Shown: positions 38,142 to 51,823, counted from the whole stretch's first letter. The stretch is DNA of 63,813 nucleotides, filler included, from Rhabdomonas costata (GCA_019059605.1; 37 parts of 37 records of this genome joined end to end with filler, not necessarily neighbours in it), one strand, 5' to 3'. The notes: a model not told the origin generated them from the letters alone. Numbers and translations are program-made.

Positions 38142-38777
38142 AACAACCTGAAGAGGCTGCACCAAGCCGTGCGGGCGGGCTTCAAGCGGTTCATGTTCGA
38201 TGACAACTCTGGGCCACTGCAGGGTGACAACTACTCCATCAAGCAAGTCTGCGATGAGTCGGGGGGCCTGGCACTGCGGCTCCCCACTTTTCCCTCCAGG
38301 GTAGAACCCACCCGCTATCTACCCTCCCACACACTCACACAGCGTCCATCTGTGTATCACTGTATTTTCATGCAAGTAAACATGCAAGAAGTTAGCTGTT
38401 GCCGCACACACACATACACACACACTTCCGAGCACCCTTTTGTCCGACGGCACCTGCGCCCGTCAGTCTCCAGCGGTCGGCTACAGCCAACAGGCAACAG
38501 TCAGCGCGTTGCATTGAGTCCAAAACACTTGGGATGCATTCATGGTTTGACAGCTGACACGAATTCCTGTTTTAGGCTTTCTTCCACTGTATTGGAGATT
38601 TGTTTTGCGATTTGTGGTTCCCCGCGCGACAAAAGAAGCGTCACGATCCCTCACTTAAAGCTCGATGCCTTCCTGAAACCCTCTGCCCCCAGTCCTGAAC
38701 ACATCTTCCTCTGCCCTCCACAGGCTGTGCTGATGTGCGACTCATTCCACATGAACGACAAGTTTATCACTCTGGAG
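38142..38777 (+). CDS. Uncharacterised protein; exons 38142-38300 and 38724-38777, possibly also ~39280-39394
   Basis: NNLKRLHQAVRAGFKRFMFDDN....GDNYSIKQVCD resembles an uncharacterised plant/algal family (recalled, unverified); phase-compatible GT-AG intron. Confidence 0.6.
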
Positions 38778-39533
38778 GTGTGCGCCGCTCCTAAATCAGT
38801 TTCCTTCGTTGGACTTCCCTTCAGCCACGGCTCGAAAAGCGGCACTTTCAGTTTCAGAAATAAAACGAAAGTCCAACCCGACTCCCTTGCGTGCCAGGGG
38901 TGCTGGTGCTGGCTTCTTCAGTCTTGCTTCTTGCTGCTTGACGATGTGGGGCTTCAGAATAGTTGGCTCGACTGCCCGTACCATGCTGAATGACGCCTCT
39001 CTCCTTCTGGTAACCGCTAACGCCATCCGACGGTCGCCAACAACCAACTTCGAACTGCTCTTAGGAGCACCAACGGAATCGCGACGAGCTTCTGCCCAAT
39101 GTCAAGCTGTACTACGAAAGCCCGCCCGTGCTGTTCGTCCCTGGGCTGATGGAGTGGACCCCCTTCGGTCCGTGCCCCCGTCTTCCCACCTTTACCTTTT
39201 GCTGTGGTGCCTCAGCCGCAGTCGTGTTCGTAGGTTTCCACTGTCACTTTGTCTGTGTCTGTTGTTTTTGTTTTTGCAGGGCATAAGCCGACTGCGGACA
39301 AGTCGGACGTGCAGTACGTGATGCCTCGGGCATCTAACCAGCTGCTGAAGTGGATGACGGAGTCCATGATCGCTCCGCCCATCGTGCAAACCCAGGCCCT
39401 CTTGCCCACACACCCAAACTCAACTCTCCCCTAAACCCATGGCACAACCCTGGGTCTTATTTTAGCTGCAACTCAGCGCACGCATTCAATTTGTTCTCCA
39501 GTGAATCGGTGTAACCAATATTTTGTAGTGGAA

Positions 39534-39629
39534 GTGGAAATTATTTGATATTTTGAAAAAGAATCACGGGAAGTGGGGAGGTGAGTAGAATAACCGTGAT
39601 TCTTTTTCAAAATATCAAATAATTTCCAC
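39534..39629. repeat. Perfect 36-bp inverted repeat at contig end
   Basis: 39534-39569 is the reverse complement of 39594-39629. Confidence 0.95.
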
Positions 39630-41003
39630 CCCACCCNNNNNNNNNNNNNNNNNNNNNNNNNNNNNNNNNNNNNNNNNNNNTTAATTAATTAANNNNNNNN
39701 NNNNNNNNNNNNNNNNNNNNNNNNNNNNNNNNNNNNGTGTTGTGCTCCTCATTTGACCCACAGTTGTCAACACAACTCTGCCGCAGAGGGGGAAAGCAAA
39801 ATGACTAGTGAACTGAACTGAACTTATCTACATGATGTACTTTTGAAAAGAACGTCAGGCTGCAATGAAACGTTCCGCACCGCTCAAAGATGCCCCCCGC
39901 AGCCCCTCTGGGATTTTTGCCCAGCACTTTATTTCACCATATTTGCTCCACTTTCCCTATTTCCCTGTTCGGAAGCATCGGGGGGATTGCGCTCAGGCGT
40001 TCGGCGCCGCTTTCATATACCCCGCTATTTCAGGGCGCGACCGAACACACTTCCTTTCCGCTGTTTCCTTTACAGGGCGGAAGCGCACATTGAGCCCTCT
40101 CCGCCCGAAGGGCAGGTCTCAACTGCCGCTGCGCCGTTGCCTCCTCAAGTCGTCGAGACACCTTCCCTTGTGCCCCAAGCTACGGGTACGTCCTGAGCAT
40201 TGCTTTTGCGGAGCGCTGTGTCTGAATTTGAAAGTCTTGCCTTTGGAAATTTTCGAATTTTGGATGAAACGAAACCCTTCGTTCATCTTTTTCGGCAAGT
40301 TTTCGGTCTTTGTGCATTTTAAGTGCGGTGCTTCTTTTCCGCTCCCCCCCCCGCTCCGCTCTTGTCGCCAAATTTTTTCCATGGGTTTTGTGTGTTGTGG
40401 CTTTCCTTTGTAAATTTCTGTTCACTTCTGACACACCCTCCGTGTTTTGATGATCAAAGTGCGCGAAAGAAAGCTGCAAGAGGCTGGCATGGATGGGTCG
40501 CTGTTTCCCTGTGTCGTTGATACAACAGGCACAGTACTTTCTGCGGCCGTCTTGGCTGCTGCCGTGGGGTCGCTGATTGCTGGAGCCGTGGTTTGCGCTC
40601 GGGCATCGCGCCCCCGCCCCGCTGGGTTGACACGGTTTATTGTGACCGAACGCTTCGAGAGAGCCACCCTGATCAAGGAGGTTAGCGAGCCCATCAATTT
40701 TTGCACCGCTGATCCATTCTTCCATCCTTCCATGAAAGGCGCAACTCAGCATGCTGTTGCACTGCATATCTCGGCTTGTGTGGATGCGGGCACTACTCAC
40801 CCAACCAATCAACTTACTGCAGACAAATTTCGGTGACAGGGACCTTTGTTCGCGTTTGACGTTTGTTCCGAAAATTCAAAGCGTCGGTCGCGTTCCAGTG
40901 ATCTAATGGGGTTTGCTTCCCTTCTCCACAGCTTTGTTGGCCCATATACGTCCCTGCATGTGTGCGCGGACATACATTGCCTTTGTGGTAAACGTCCATC
41001 CAG

Positions 41004-41161
41004 GAGGCAGTGCGGTGGAAGTACCTCCTTGGGGCGCAACGGTGGGACGCGGAGGCGGTGCGGCGAAGGTTCCGCGCGGTGTCGAAGCTGCGGCGGCTGG
41101 AGCAGTGCTACCGCGCCACCATCCTCAGCGCACAGGAGGAGCTGTGGGCAGAGTCCTTCCG
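41004..41161 (+). CDS. Exon of an unknown helical, Arg/Glu-rich protein
   Basis: cag|EAVRWKYLLGAQRWDAEAVRRRF...EELWAESFR|gtgtg; high GC3. Confidence 0.5.
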
Positions 41162-42057
41162 GTGTGCGCGCATTCGTGTTTTGGCTGTGTGTATTGGAAT
41201 GAGGTTTTGTGCTGGTTTTTCCTGGAACGAGAGGCACGTGCCGGCCTCTGTGTGGGACCAGAGCCGAATTTGGTGACAGCACCCGTTTGTATGTTCTTTT
41301 TGCATGGTGTAGGGAATCACACTTCTGCACGCATACCATCCTTCGCTTAGCCCCCCACCACCCNNNNNNNNNNNNNNNNNNNNNNNNNNNNNNNNNNNNN
41401 NNNNNNNTTAATTAATTAANNNNNNNNNNNNNNNNNNNNNNNNNNNNNNNNNNNNNNNNNNNNAAGTCTGTATTAAAAGGAGATGAACACGAACAAGGGA
41501 ATTACAGAGGGGAGGTTCGGATTCTCCTTGGGTATTACCCTGAACTTCCCAAGCGGTGGCTGTACCCGTATCTTTTTCCGTGTGCCTTGGTGCGGCGGTG
41601 TGTTCTTTTCCATGACCATGGGTCGAAGACCTTCGCGGGGTACACGGAGGCCAACCAGAAGCTTCTCCCCACGTTCCACGTGCTGCAGGTTTACTCAGAC
41701 ATGTCAAACCACTATCCCAGGAAGACATTCTATGACTTGGATTCCAACCCGTTGAAGGTGTGAGGCTTCGATGGCTTCTGACCGCATCTTCGTTCCGGTC
41801 TGATACAGATGCGCACAGCAACAGAGGGTTCCTGTCCTGTGAGTCTGTTGCATAATTTGATGACAATCGCTCTTGGGTTGAGGTTTTGAGAATGCCCGAA
41901 CGAGCAGCGAACCTTCATGATTGTGAAAGAATTCTCAATAATCTTTCTCTTCTCGCATTTTGCTCCCTGCTCCTCCTGCTTCTATTGCACTGTCCTTCAC
42001 GTCTGCAAGTGGACATTGGTTGGAAATGGTTGTTCTGGTTGCCCTTTCCGCTTTCAG

Positions 42058-42919
42058 TTCAAGCTGATGCTCACCAACTTTGAGAACCGTCACAGCCCTC
42101 ACCTGAAGCATTGGGTGGGCACATGGTGGGTGGGAGACCTTTTCCACGACCCTGCCGGGTTTCAGCGGTTTGACATCGTCTCATCTGTCGAGCGCTACAG
42201 CACCATCCCATTCCGTTACTTCACCAACCTTCGCAGTTCCTCGTCCCTTCCCGAACAACTGATTTCGCGACTAAGGAAGCCAGAGCTCTCGCAGAAGACT
42301 CCTCTGGCGATGGCCTCATACATTGCCAGTCACCCGGGGACTACTTATAATCGCGAGCTTCTTGCGAGAGGGCTCACGTCCCACATCAAAGTGGCTGCCT
42401 TTGGTCGCAGCTGCCACAACCATCCCTCTCTCCCCCCCGGGTGCACCAACGAGCACTGGCACCTGGACTCCTTCGCATGCATCGTCTCTAATTATCGCTT
42501 TCACCTTGCGTTCGAGAATTCGGAGGCACTGGACTATGTCACAGGTTTGTGTAATGCCACATTAGTTTGACCTGTGCTCCATTTTAGACTCAGGCGCTGT
42601 TGTTCTGTATGTGCCGGTTCAGTGCTACCGCTGTGGTTGTTGTTGGCTCTCCATGCACGCATTACGCCCGCATACATACTCTCTGTGCCCATGGGGGGGG
42701 GGGACAGAGAAACTGTTCGTACCGTTGCTGGTGGGAACCATCCCGGTGTATAAGGGGGCTCTCAATGTCGCGCGATACGTCCCTCCGTGGTCAATTATTC
42801 GGGTGGACGACTTCAGCTCTGTTGCCGAGCTTGCCACGTACCTGAAATGCGTGGGGGAGTCCCCCGCGCTGTTTCGGTTCTACACCACGTGGCGGAATCG
42901 CACCTCGCCATTTTGGGAG
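42058..42919 (+). CDS. Alpha-1,3/4-fucosyltransferase (GT10); exons 42058-42544 and 42708-42919
   Basis: YRFHLAFENSEALDYVT|EKLFVPLLVGTIPVYKGA...IRVDDFSSVAELATYL is the GT10 signature. Confidence 0.96.
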
Positions 42920-43189
42920 GTGCGTGTCGTCAAGGAAATGAGTGAGAGAAGTGCCAAGGGAGGTTAGCAAAAGCAACGCACGAGAAGGAGAGAGGAAGTG
43001 GGGGTGAACCAGACATGAATTAGAACGCAGGATAGACTGAAGCTCGGATTTGTTGTTTTTTTAAGACCTTGTAACTCGGCCATTGTTTTNNNNNNNNNNN
43101 NNNNNNNNNNNNNNNNNNNNNNNNNNNNNNNNNTTAATTAATTAANNNNNNNNNNNNNNNNNNNNNNNNNNNNNNNNNNNNNNNNNNNN

Positions 43190-43372
43190 TTGTTTTCCCT
43201 CTGATGATGGGTCTTAGCTGATGTGTCTGACATCTCGGACACTTTCTCTTGTCTCCTTCCTCAAGCATCTGCCATGCATGTTTTCTGTTGTGTGAGAAAC
43301 CGTCAGCAGACAAGAGAAAGTGTCCGAGATGTCAGACACATCAGCTAAGACCCATCATCAGAGGGAAAACAA
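43190..43372. repeat. Perfect 65-bp inverted repeat at contig start
   Basis: 43190-43254 is the reverse complement of 43308-43372. Confidence 0.97.
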
Positions 43373-43532
43373 GAGCCGCTCCATTCGCGCTTTCTTCACG
43401 TTCTTCCTTCACTCCTTTTTCACGAACGTGAAACACTGCATTTTGCTTGCTATCGATTTGCGTGATTAGGAATGTGGAAGCCGCGGTGCAGTGAAGTGTG
43501 GGCAAGGAGAAGGGCACGAGTTGGTTTCAAAC

Positions 43533-44816
43533 CACTGATATTCCCCGTGGGGCTGTCGACGCGGGCGTCGGCGACGATCAGGGCGCGGGCTCCACGAGCC
43601 TTGGCCCGGTTCAGGGCATCCGTGACATACCAGGAGGGCAGAAAGTTCAGTATCCTTTGAGGTGAAGTGGAGGGAAGCAGAGCTTGCTGTGGTGGAAGCC
43701 AACATTCAGGTAAAGATTCTGATGATTCTGATGGAAACCGGTGCCACCCAGAATGTTAATGTGCCATCTAAAATCTTCCAAGATAGACCGAAGATGTCAG
43801 TCCTTACACATCACTGTGATCCAGCGAAAAAGCAGTGGAGCAAGGTGCCTCAAATAAAATGAAAGATTAACCATCGATCAAAAATCTCCTGAAAGGCTAT
43901 GCTATTAAATGACAATGTATTGGTAATTAGTTGGCGTGTGCGTTATTGGTCGTTCTTTCTGACAATGCTGACTGGTGAATCAATCAATCAATCACTTGCT
44001 GGGCTTACGGTGGAAGAGTAGGACGAACAAACCTCCGCATCTCCACTAACACTGCCTTCCCGCGCACGTTGACCCCGCTGAACTCCGCGTCGGTGCCGTA
44101 TCCCACGTGGACGACCTGCAGGCCACAGAAGGGAGCGAAGGAGTAAAGGCTTTTCATTCCACACCACGGGACTGCGCAGTGGTTAGAAGTGGGAGTGGGC
44201 GAAGACTGAGGTGGCCGAGAGGCAATGGCTGCCGAGGTTAAAATGCCTTCCATTTTTGTGTCGCAATGGGGGCTGCGTCTCCAAACGCAAAGACGTGCAG
44301 CAGAGGGGGAATGGGGTAATGGGACTCTCAGACAGACCGGAGCCATCGGTACCAACATTTTAAACAGAAGAACCCGCCCAAAGAGAGATTCGAACCGGGG
44401 ACTCGAATCCACGACCTACCCAAACCCAGTCCACCGCCTTGCCCGCCTTAATAGCCTTATCCAGTTAACTACGGGGGACTGGTCCCACCCGAAACCGCCT
44501 TAGCTAGGATTCTTTTTGAAACACAATCAGCGGTCATAAAGCGTCGGGAGAAAGAAACGTCTCATTGCAGAACAGAGCCTCAAAGCAGGCAGCTACACCC
44601 ATTTCACCCATATGTGGGCATGCTACAGCCCCGTCCGCAATGCATTGGAAGGAGACAAAGGAGCACCTCAAGGGACTCCCGGCCAATGGGGCTGCAGTGC
44701 CAAAGGGGAAAGGCATTCAGGGCCAGCTCGGCAGGCGCCCCGGGCTGCTTCTGGTGCAGGCCCAGGTACACCTTCTCTGGCCACCACCGGTTGGGAAAGA
44801 ACTCCTCCAACCAACA
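43533..44816 (-). CDS. PA (protease-associated) domain protein, probably an M28 peptidase; exons 44816-44667, 44115-44033, 43654-43533
   Basis: Splices to SLE|VVHVGYGTDAEFSGVNVRGKAVLVEMRR|ILNF...AKARGARALIV; two GT-AG introns in phase. Confidence 0.85.
44383..44479 (-). mobile_element. tRNA-derived SINE head or tRNA pseudogene inside an intron
   Basis: Minus strand: GTCCCCCG-TAGTTAACTGGATAAGGC (A-box-like) ... AGGTCGTGGATTCGAGTCC-CC-GGTTCGAATC (two B-box-like motifs); no closed acceptor stem. Confidence 0.65.
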
Positions 44817-46935
44817 NNNNNNNNNNNNNNNNNNNNNNNNNNNNNNNNNNNNNNNNNNNNTTAATTAATTAANNNNNNNNNNNNNNNNNNNNNNNNNNNN
44901 NNNNNNNNNNNNNNNNTGTTTTGCCTTCCTCCCAACATTACACATCATGCTGAATTCACCCATAAATTAATAACTAATGCTCAGGATAGAAATACTACGA
45001 AACTCGGCCGCCAGACCCGGTCCTTCTTTCTAATCAGACGAAACGCATTGCAGGTTCCCCTGCACTAATGTTCTTTATCGACGCATGATTTTGTGGAATA
45101 CCGATTGGATGGAGATGGATTGATCCAGGATAATAAAGCCGATACCAACCGATGGTAGTTGAGAGGCGCCTCACTTTCTGGAAACTGTACAAAGAATTAA
45201 AGCAGTATATCATCTGTTCGCCTCAAAGATACGTCAACTTCCAAGGAAGTCATGATGAATCCATTGATCTCTACCGTTACATCCACGTGTACACGACATC
45301 CTCGACGTCCCAATCAAGCAAAAGGAGTTTAACGGGGGTTCGCTTCAAAATGAGATTTCAGTTTGGTTGCTCTTGAAACAGCTGTCAACCTCAACTCAAT
45401 TCCAATTCCAAGCAGAAGGCTGAGGTTTAAAAAAGCCGAGCCAAACAGGACATTAGCAGAATTCTGTCAGTCATTGCTATTCGTTCGTCAGAAGAGTCCG
45501 CTATCATTATGTTCTAATTTGCTGTTTGTTACGGCCGCCCAAGGACCTCCGGGGGTACCGAACTAACAACACTTTTACAGCCAGACCTGCAGTTAGACAA
45601 AAGGTCTCCACAATGTTGAGATACCCCTGCATTTGGCTTGGGCTGACCCCTTCTTCTGGCTCTGTGCAACCGCTTGGGTGCACCGTGAAAATCCCGATAT
45701 GAACGAAACCTTTCCAAAAACATGGAGGGGACCCTGAATAGCACCACTACAAAATGTCCACGACATTTCCCATGAAGGCAACGGCAGACGGAAGACCACC
45801 TTCACAATTTTCAGCCAGACCACCTTCCTGAATACTCCCGTTCTCCCGAAGGACATTTTCAACGAAGCGAGGTTTTGCAGTGCTAAACTTGGAGCCAAAT
45901 ATACTTCTGACCAACACGGCGCAGAAGTACCAGTACCCCGCTCCAGGGCGACATCGTGTTGTTGGAAAGCATTCTCAACACATGGCGAAGGGTCAGACAA
46001 CAGAAGGCGTTCTAACATGACTGCTGGTTTGCAAACTCGTCTTGCAAACACGCGCATGTTTGTGTACAGTTCATGGAAACCTGCGGACAAACCAGTGTTT
46101 GGAATAGTAACATTGTTTTCGGGTTGGGGAGGGGTCCCAAAATCATTGGCAAACATTGCAAGTACAGACCTTGCGTTTGGATACATGAAAAAAAACGAAT
46201 GAAAAAGAACGAGCCATCTCTCTCTGGAAAAGGATTCCACCTTCCCCGCTGCGCTCAAGGCCGAAAAAAAAAGGCAGTGGACGAAGAGCACCAGAGAGAC
46301 GCGGAAGAATGGGCAAAAACACCCGCGCTGAAACCATTGTCTACGGAGAAACACGACAGGCAGACGAGCATCTTATAGAGGAAGAGAGCTGGAGAGCAGA
46401 GTGTGCGTGGGCACGTGTTCAGCAAAATACAGGAAAGAATTAGGGAGCGCCGAGGTGTGAAAGCGCACCAGCACACACGAGCATCGACTTTTCGTTGGAA
46501 CTGTACAAACGTGCGGAAACCTGAACGCTTGAAAACACCCCCCNNNNNNNNNNNNNNNNNNNNNNNNNNNNNNNNNNNNNNNNNNNNTTAATTAATTAAN
46601 NNNNNNNNNNNNNNNNNNNNNNNNNNNNNNNNNNNNNNNNNNNGGGTGTGTTGTCGTTGGGGCCTGTTGCCGTGGCTTGGGTTTTCGGTTGCAGAGACTG
46701 GGCAGAAGTGGAGGTAGGGACACGTTGTGCGAAGCTGTATGCACTGTCTTGTCGGGAGGCTCTCCGCGACACGCTGGCGTCCGGCAGGGCCTATGGGCGG
46801 CCGCTTGGGCCAATGCAGGGCAGTGCCCCAGGCGCTCAAGGCTGAATGTGCTGTGAGTGACTTTTTGGCCCCGTATTGAGTCTTTTTTGTGTTACGATGT
46901 ACAAAAAAACCCAGGACCGCTTGAGTTTGCCTTCA

Positions 46936-47172
<237 letters not shown>

Positions 47173-48449
47173 TCAACCTACAGTTGTGCCTTTCAAAGGA
47201 AAAGGGGCACAGGCCACGGACGGAGATCCTTCCTCACCCCTCACGCCACCAAAATTCCACAACCCCGCTGGCAAATGAAAGGGCAATTCCGAATGCTCAA
47301 TATTTAGCACAACACATCATCCCATCTTTATTTATGACCTTCCTAGAGGTTATAATAATCGTTTAAAAAGGACAAACAAAGTTCAGTTGATGAAGCATGT
47401 GCTTTATATATTTCTCCTGGTCTTTTTTATTCTTGTGCTTACCTTTTCACAGCTTAGTTGTTCACAACGCTCAGGTGACGAGACGGATGTTTTACCCCCC
47501 GTTGTTTGGGCACTAGAAAAGTACCGATACCACCACTGCAGAAAACAGAACTACACACCCCAACCGGTCGGAAGACACTATACAATCTCAATGAACTTCG
47601 CACTTCATATTCACCTCGCCATCGTTGTGCACCTTTGGTCACATTCCCTCTCCCTTTTGTCCTTCTCATGGAAGAATCGAGCAACTCTTTTGAAGCAGGG
47701 TAGAGGCGTTGTCATGGACCGGCTAAGGTTCGATCCATGCCCCCACGCGAGAGAGACACCAAAGACCAGCCCTACATTCCTCACTGGACATGGAGGGGCC
47801 GTGAATCCTCTGGGTATGCATTATTTGGGGCCTTGAGAGAATGTGGAAACACGGAGACCCCACAAACACACAATGCACACCCTCAACCGTCAGCTGAAGA
47901 AGGTCTGGGCCCGGGTTGGAGGTTGGTTGGAGGTTGGAGGTTGGAGGTTACAGTTCCAAAGAGGTTGCAGCCCATACGTTCACCACACATAAACTACACT
48001 CAGACAGCTAACCATTCTGGTACATCGAAGGAACCCCCAACCGAAAGGGGTTGTCAGGTGCATTGGCCCTCGCACCAAACGAAATCCCCTCCCGTGTTAA
48101 ACCGTGAATCGTGAATCGTACTTTGTCGCAAACAGCCCAAGCAGCCTCCGGGGACACAGCGGTCGTCCGAAACCAGCCCGGCCAAGCCAGCGAACTTCTC
48201 GGGGGGAGGTGGAGTTGGCTTGGGCTGCAACTTTCCGTGCAGGGCTGGAGGACGTCAGGGTGTCAAGCCNNNNNNNNNNNNNNNNNNNNNNNNNNNNNNN
48301 NNNNNNNNNNNNNTTAATTAATTAANNNNNNNNNNNNNNNNNNNNNNNNNNNNNNNNNNNNNNNNNNNNTGTGGTTGTGTTTCTCGAAACACTTCACAAA
48401 CTCTCCGCAATCAATCCCTGCATCTCAATAGAAGAGATCGACAGCGTGA

Positions 48450-49645
48450 CAGGCTGCGAGGAGGCGCACTAAACGGTAGCGAGTACCTCTGGCGTCGTGG
48501 GCCCGGAAGTACCGCGCGGCGTATAGTACGCAGTACAGAGAGCGCGCCACCATAGCCAGAGCGTTGGCCATCACCACCCCCACTGGGCCGTACTGCAAAG
48601 TGCGGCTCAGGCCGTAAAGAGCAGCAAAGTACCCTGTTCCGCAGAGCACCTGGAAAGCCTGTACGAAATGATGATGTCAAGGGATGGCATGGGATGGAAT
48701 GGGATGGGGAGGGATAGAATGGCTGAAGCCAAAAGGGGCATTTGAGGTGTGAAACTGCATCGGAACATGTGTTTCGTTGAATGGTTGGAGTGGTTCCGTA
48801 CACATGAGCATGATGCACAAAAAGTGTGTATCGAAAATGCACCTTGAAGTGATTCAGATCAGAGGAAGTTGCAGTGGCTCTAACAAAGGCCTCGGAAATC
48901 CCGTTGACCCCCATCACGGCAACGTAGGCGCAGTACCACATCAGCAGTTTCGGCGCCGCAGTCTGCAACACGAAATGCAAATACCATAACAGTGCGAGAC
49001 AACATGAAATGGAAACAGACCTGGTGAAAACTTAACCAAATGCGAACATCAATAAACGTGACCCCCCCCCCGATCCTCTTTCCAACCTGCAGCCAACGGG
49101 TGGAGTACAGCACGCATAAAAGCGCCTCGCTGTATGGGATCCCGAAAACTAGGAACACCGAGGCCACCACTAGAAGCAGCTTGATCAGCAAGGTGTAAAA
49201 CCTGCCCCACACACACACAATCCAAAGTCATGGCATCACCCCCCTCCTACAGGCGGTCTATCTTGTTGTCATGGTATCTTGGCTCAACTGCATAAAATTG
49301 CGTCATTCAGAAGGTTCCAAACTCAGTGGATCACAATTTTCAGCACGGCAGATCGAAAACTGTACCGAAAGTGCATTTTTCTCATAGTATTTTGGGAAAG
49401 AATAAACGCAAACCCCAAATTGAGTCCTTTTTAGAATTCGGAACAAAAACGCATCCACCCCGGGTCAATAAATCTCACCAACTCGTGTGCATTCATGGGC
49501 GTCGGCATCCTCACCTGGCGCTCTTTTGCAGAGCTAGTGGGGAAGGAAGATCATCTCCCAGCAGCTTACTCCAAGTCGTGAGGGCAATGTCCTCAATGAA
49601 CTTGTACAACAGCCGTGCCACCATCGAACCCAGGTGTGCTACCAC
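48450..49645 (-). CDS. RFT1: RFT1 lipid-linked oligosaccharide translocation protein; exons 49645-49515, 49201-49087, 48962-48843, 48658-~48450
   Basis: HLGSMVARLLYKFIED, FGIPYS, YCAYVAVMGVNGISEAF and GVVMANALAMVAR; three in-phase GT-AG introns. Confidence 0.93.
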
Positions 49646-49919
49646 CTGAGAACACGAGTAAACGCGTAAACGTATGGTTCGTACTAACGTAAACGCATGG
49701 TTCACGTTAGTATGCCTACACTGTGTCTTTGTCATCACGTGAACACCCCTTTCATAACTGCATATCAAGTTACACTCGACTGGCAGCTCAACCCGAAAAA
49801 ACTGAAGAGAAACAAGGAACAAACAACAGCGCCCTTTGAACAGGTCAATGGAGGTTTCGTGAGAAACAGGCTGCTTTGCTGTAAATTTATACTCCGATAG
49901 CTGTCTTCCGCCGCGTTTA

Positions 49920-49988
49920 TGTTTCCGTAAATTACGAAGTATTTTGTTCACGTGTTGTCAACAAAATACTTCGTAATTTACGGAAACA
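49920..49988. repeat. Perfect 29-bp inverted repeat at contig end
   Basis: 49920-49948 is the reverse complement of 49960-49988. Confidence 0.95.
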
Positions 49989-50405
49989 AACACCCCNNNN
50001 NNNNNNNNNNNNNNNNNNNNNNNNNNNNNNNNNNNNNNNNTTAATTAATTAANNNNNNNNNNNNNNNNNNNNNNNNNNNNNNNNNNNNNNNNNNNNAGTC
50101 AAGCCCGGACTTCTCTCTGGCCTTGTGACTTTAAGGCAAGACATTCACCTTGCCAATCACAATCAACAGCGCCTGAACTTGTATCCTACCAATTACCTCT
50201 TTAAAATTCTTCTATTTATCAAGAAATGGAAATCCAAAAAAAAATTTTAGTTAGGGCATTTTTATCTTTATCTGAAAAGAAAGAAAGATCCAAACCAAAA
50301 TTTTGGAAGCGGTTGCAGAAAAAAGGGTTTTTGGTTAAATAAAACCGCAGATGAAATTTCACACGAACAAACTTCAACTTCGACTTTCATATGGCCACTA
50401 CTCAG

Positions 50406-50649
50406 GTCCAGACATAAATATTATTTCCGCCCATGTGGCTCCATGTGTGAGTTTGGCGCGGCACTGCGCGCATTTCTTTGCCATGCCGTCTTTTGTGACT
50501 ATGTCATTGTACCCCTATTTTGGCCATTGTGTACTCCATACAGTTGCGATGAACACTCCTTTCAGGACGGCCCTACTGTGACCATCAGCGTACAAGCCAG
50601 CAACAACGTTTTCTGGAAACTCCTCTACTCACCCAACAGCAAATGGACA
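50406..50649 (+). CDS. Two small exons (50406-50444, 50544-50649) of a possible mannose-6-phosphate-receptor-homology-like protein
   Basis: Splices to SRHKYYFRPCGSICDEHSFQDGP...SKWT; YYF.PC resembles MRH-like domains; weak. Confidence 0.35.
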
Positions 50650-51609
50650 GTTGGCGCTGTACACCTGCGCGCAATCCTCTTCTTTCAGAACTTCTGTTTC
50701 TGTTTTCTTTGGGTTTGGGCTTATCTCTGTTGAAATTGCGGAAAATGAGCTCAGGTGAGCGTCCCTCACTTGCTTCCCTTTCCACCGGGAGTTTCCACCA
50801 GGACTTTTCGTCGTCTGTGGTTCCATTCCCGTTTTATTTGTGTGTGCTACTCCCACTCTGGAGCAAAAGCACTTGAATTGCTACTCTTTGCCACATCGCC
50901 TTTCTCCAAGCTTTGGATGAAGTTTTGGCCTTTCCTGGACTGCACTCCCTTGGCATCATTTTCCTCGTTTCGTTTGCTTCTTTCACTGATTTGGATTGCC
51001 CACAGGGAGGCCAGGAACTTGCTGGTTTCGCATCAAGACTCCTGAGGAGGTTGGGCGCATTGGGTTTGCCGTCACCGACATTATTGAGGTAGGATTTTGG
51101 TGGTGTGTGGAATTTGGTCAACTTCACCTCATTCCTTTCAGAGTGCGGCATACATAAACATTGCCACGCCCGCACCAATGGCCAGCAACACTGAACGTTA
51201 TAACGTTAAAATCAGTGCCAGCTCCGCACACTGCACACCCCTTGCTGGGCTTGCACAGACAACCGGATAGAATTATATGAAGGCGGAGGCGAGGCCAGCC
51301 CGGGGCGCCGCCGGAGCGGCTGGGGTGGGGACTTTGCATCACGGAAATCTGGTGGACTGATGGCAGATTTCAACAATTACGTTTTCAGCGATGAATCCTT
51401 TTGTGCTGGGTTTGTTTTGAACGCCGAGTCAGGTGTTTTTTTTTGAAAAGCTGGAAAAGACGATGGCGTTCGCTATGCTTTTCAGTTGTGATAGCAGTCA
51501 CAGAAAGACGATAGCGACGCAGAAATGTCGATGGCGTTCACCGTCGCCTTTTGAAAGACGATCAGGAAACCTATCACTAGGTAGGGGTGGGACAGACCAA
51601 GCGCACTCC

Positions 51610-51706
51610 AGCTAGAGTGACGGGTTGGGGCTCATTTGGTGGTTTTTCTGAGATGAGTTGGTTGGCCGCTTCCTGGCCTCGGGGTCTGTCTCCACGCACT
51701 GAGATA
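51610..51706 (+). repeat. Second dispersed repeat family, copy 1
   Basis: TGACGGGTTGGGGCTCAT..TTGGTGG...CTGAGATGAGTTGGTT.GCCGCTTCCTGG is shared with 53726-53825. Confidence 0.9.
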
Positions 51707-51823
51707 TGACCCCCCCACACCCCNNNNNNNNNNNNNNNNNNNNNNNNNNNNNNNNNNNNNNNNNNNNTTAATTAATTAANNNNNNNNNNNNNNNNNNNNN
51801 NNNNNNNNNNNNNNNNNNNNNNN

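Noticed and set aside
47700..47745. GGTTCGATCC B-box-like motif
   Set aside because: No convincing A-box or cloverleaf.
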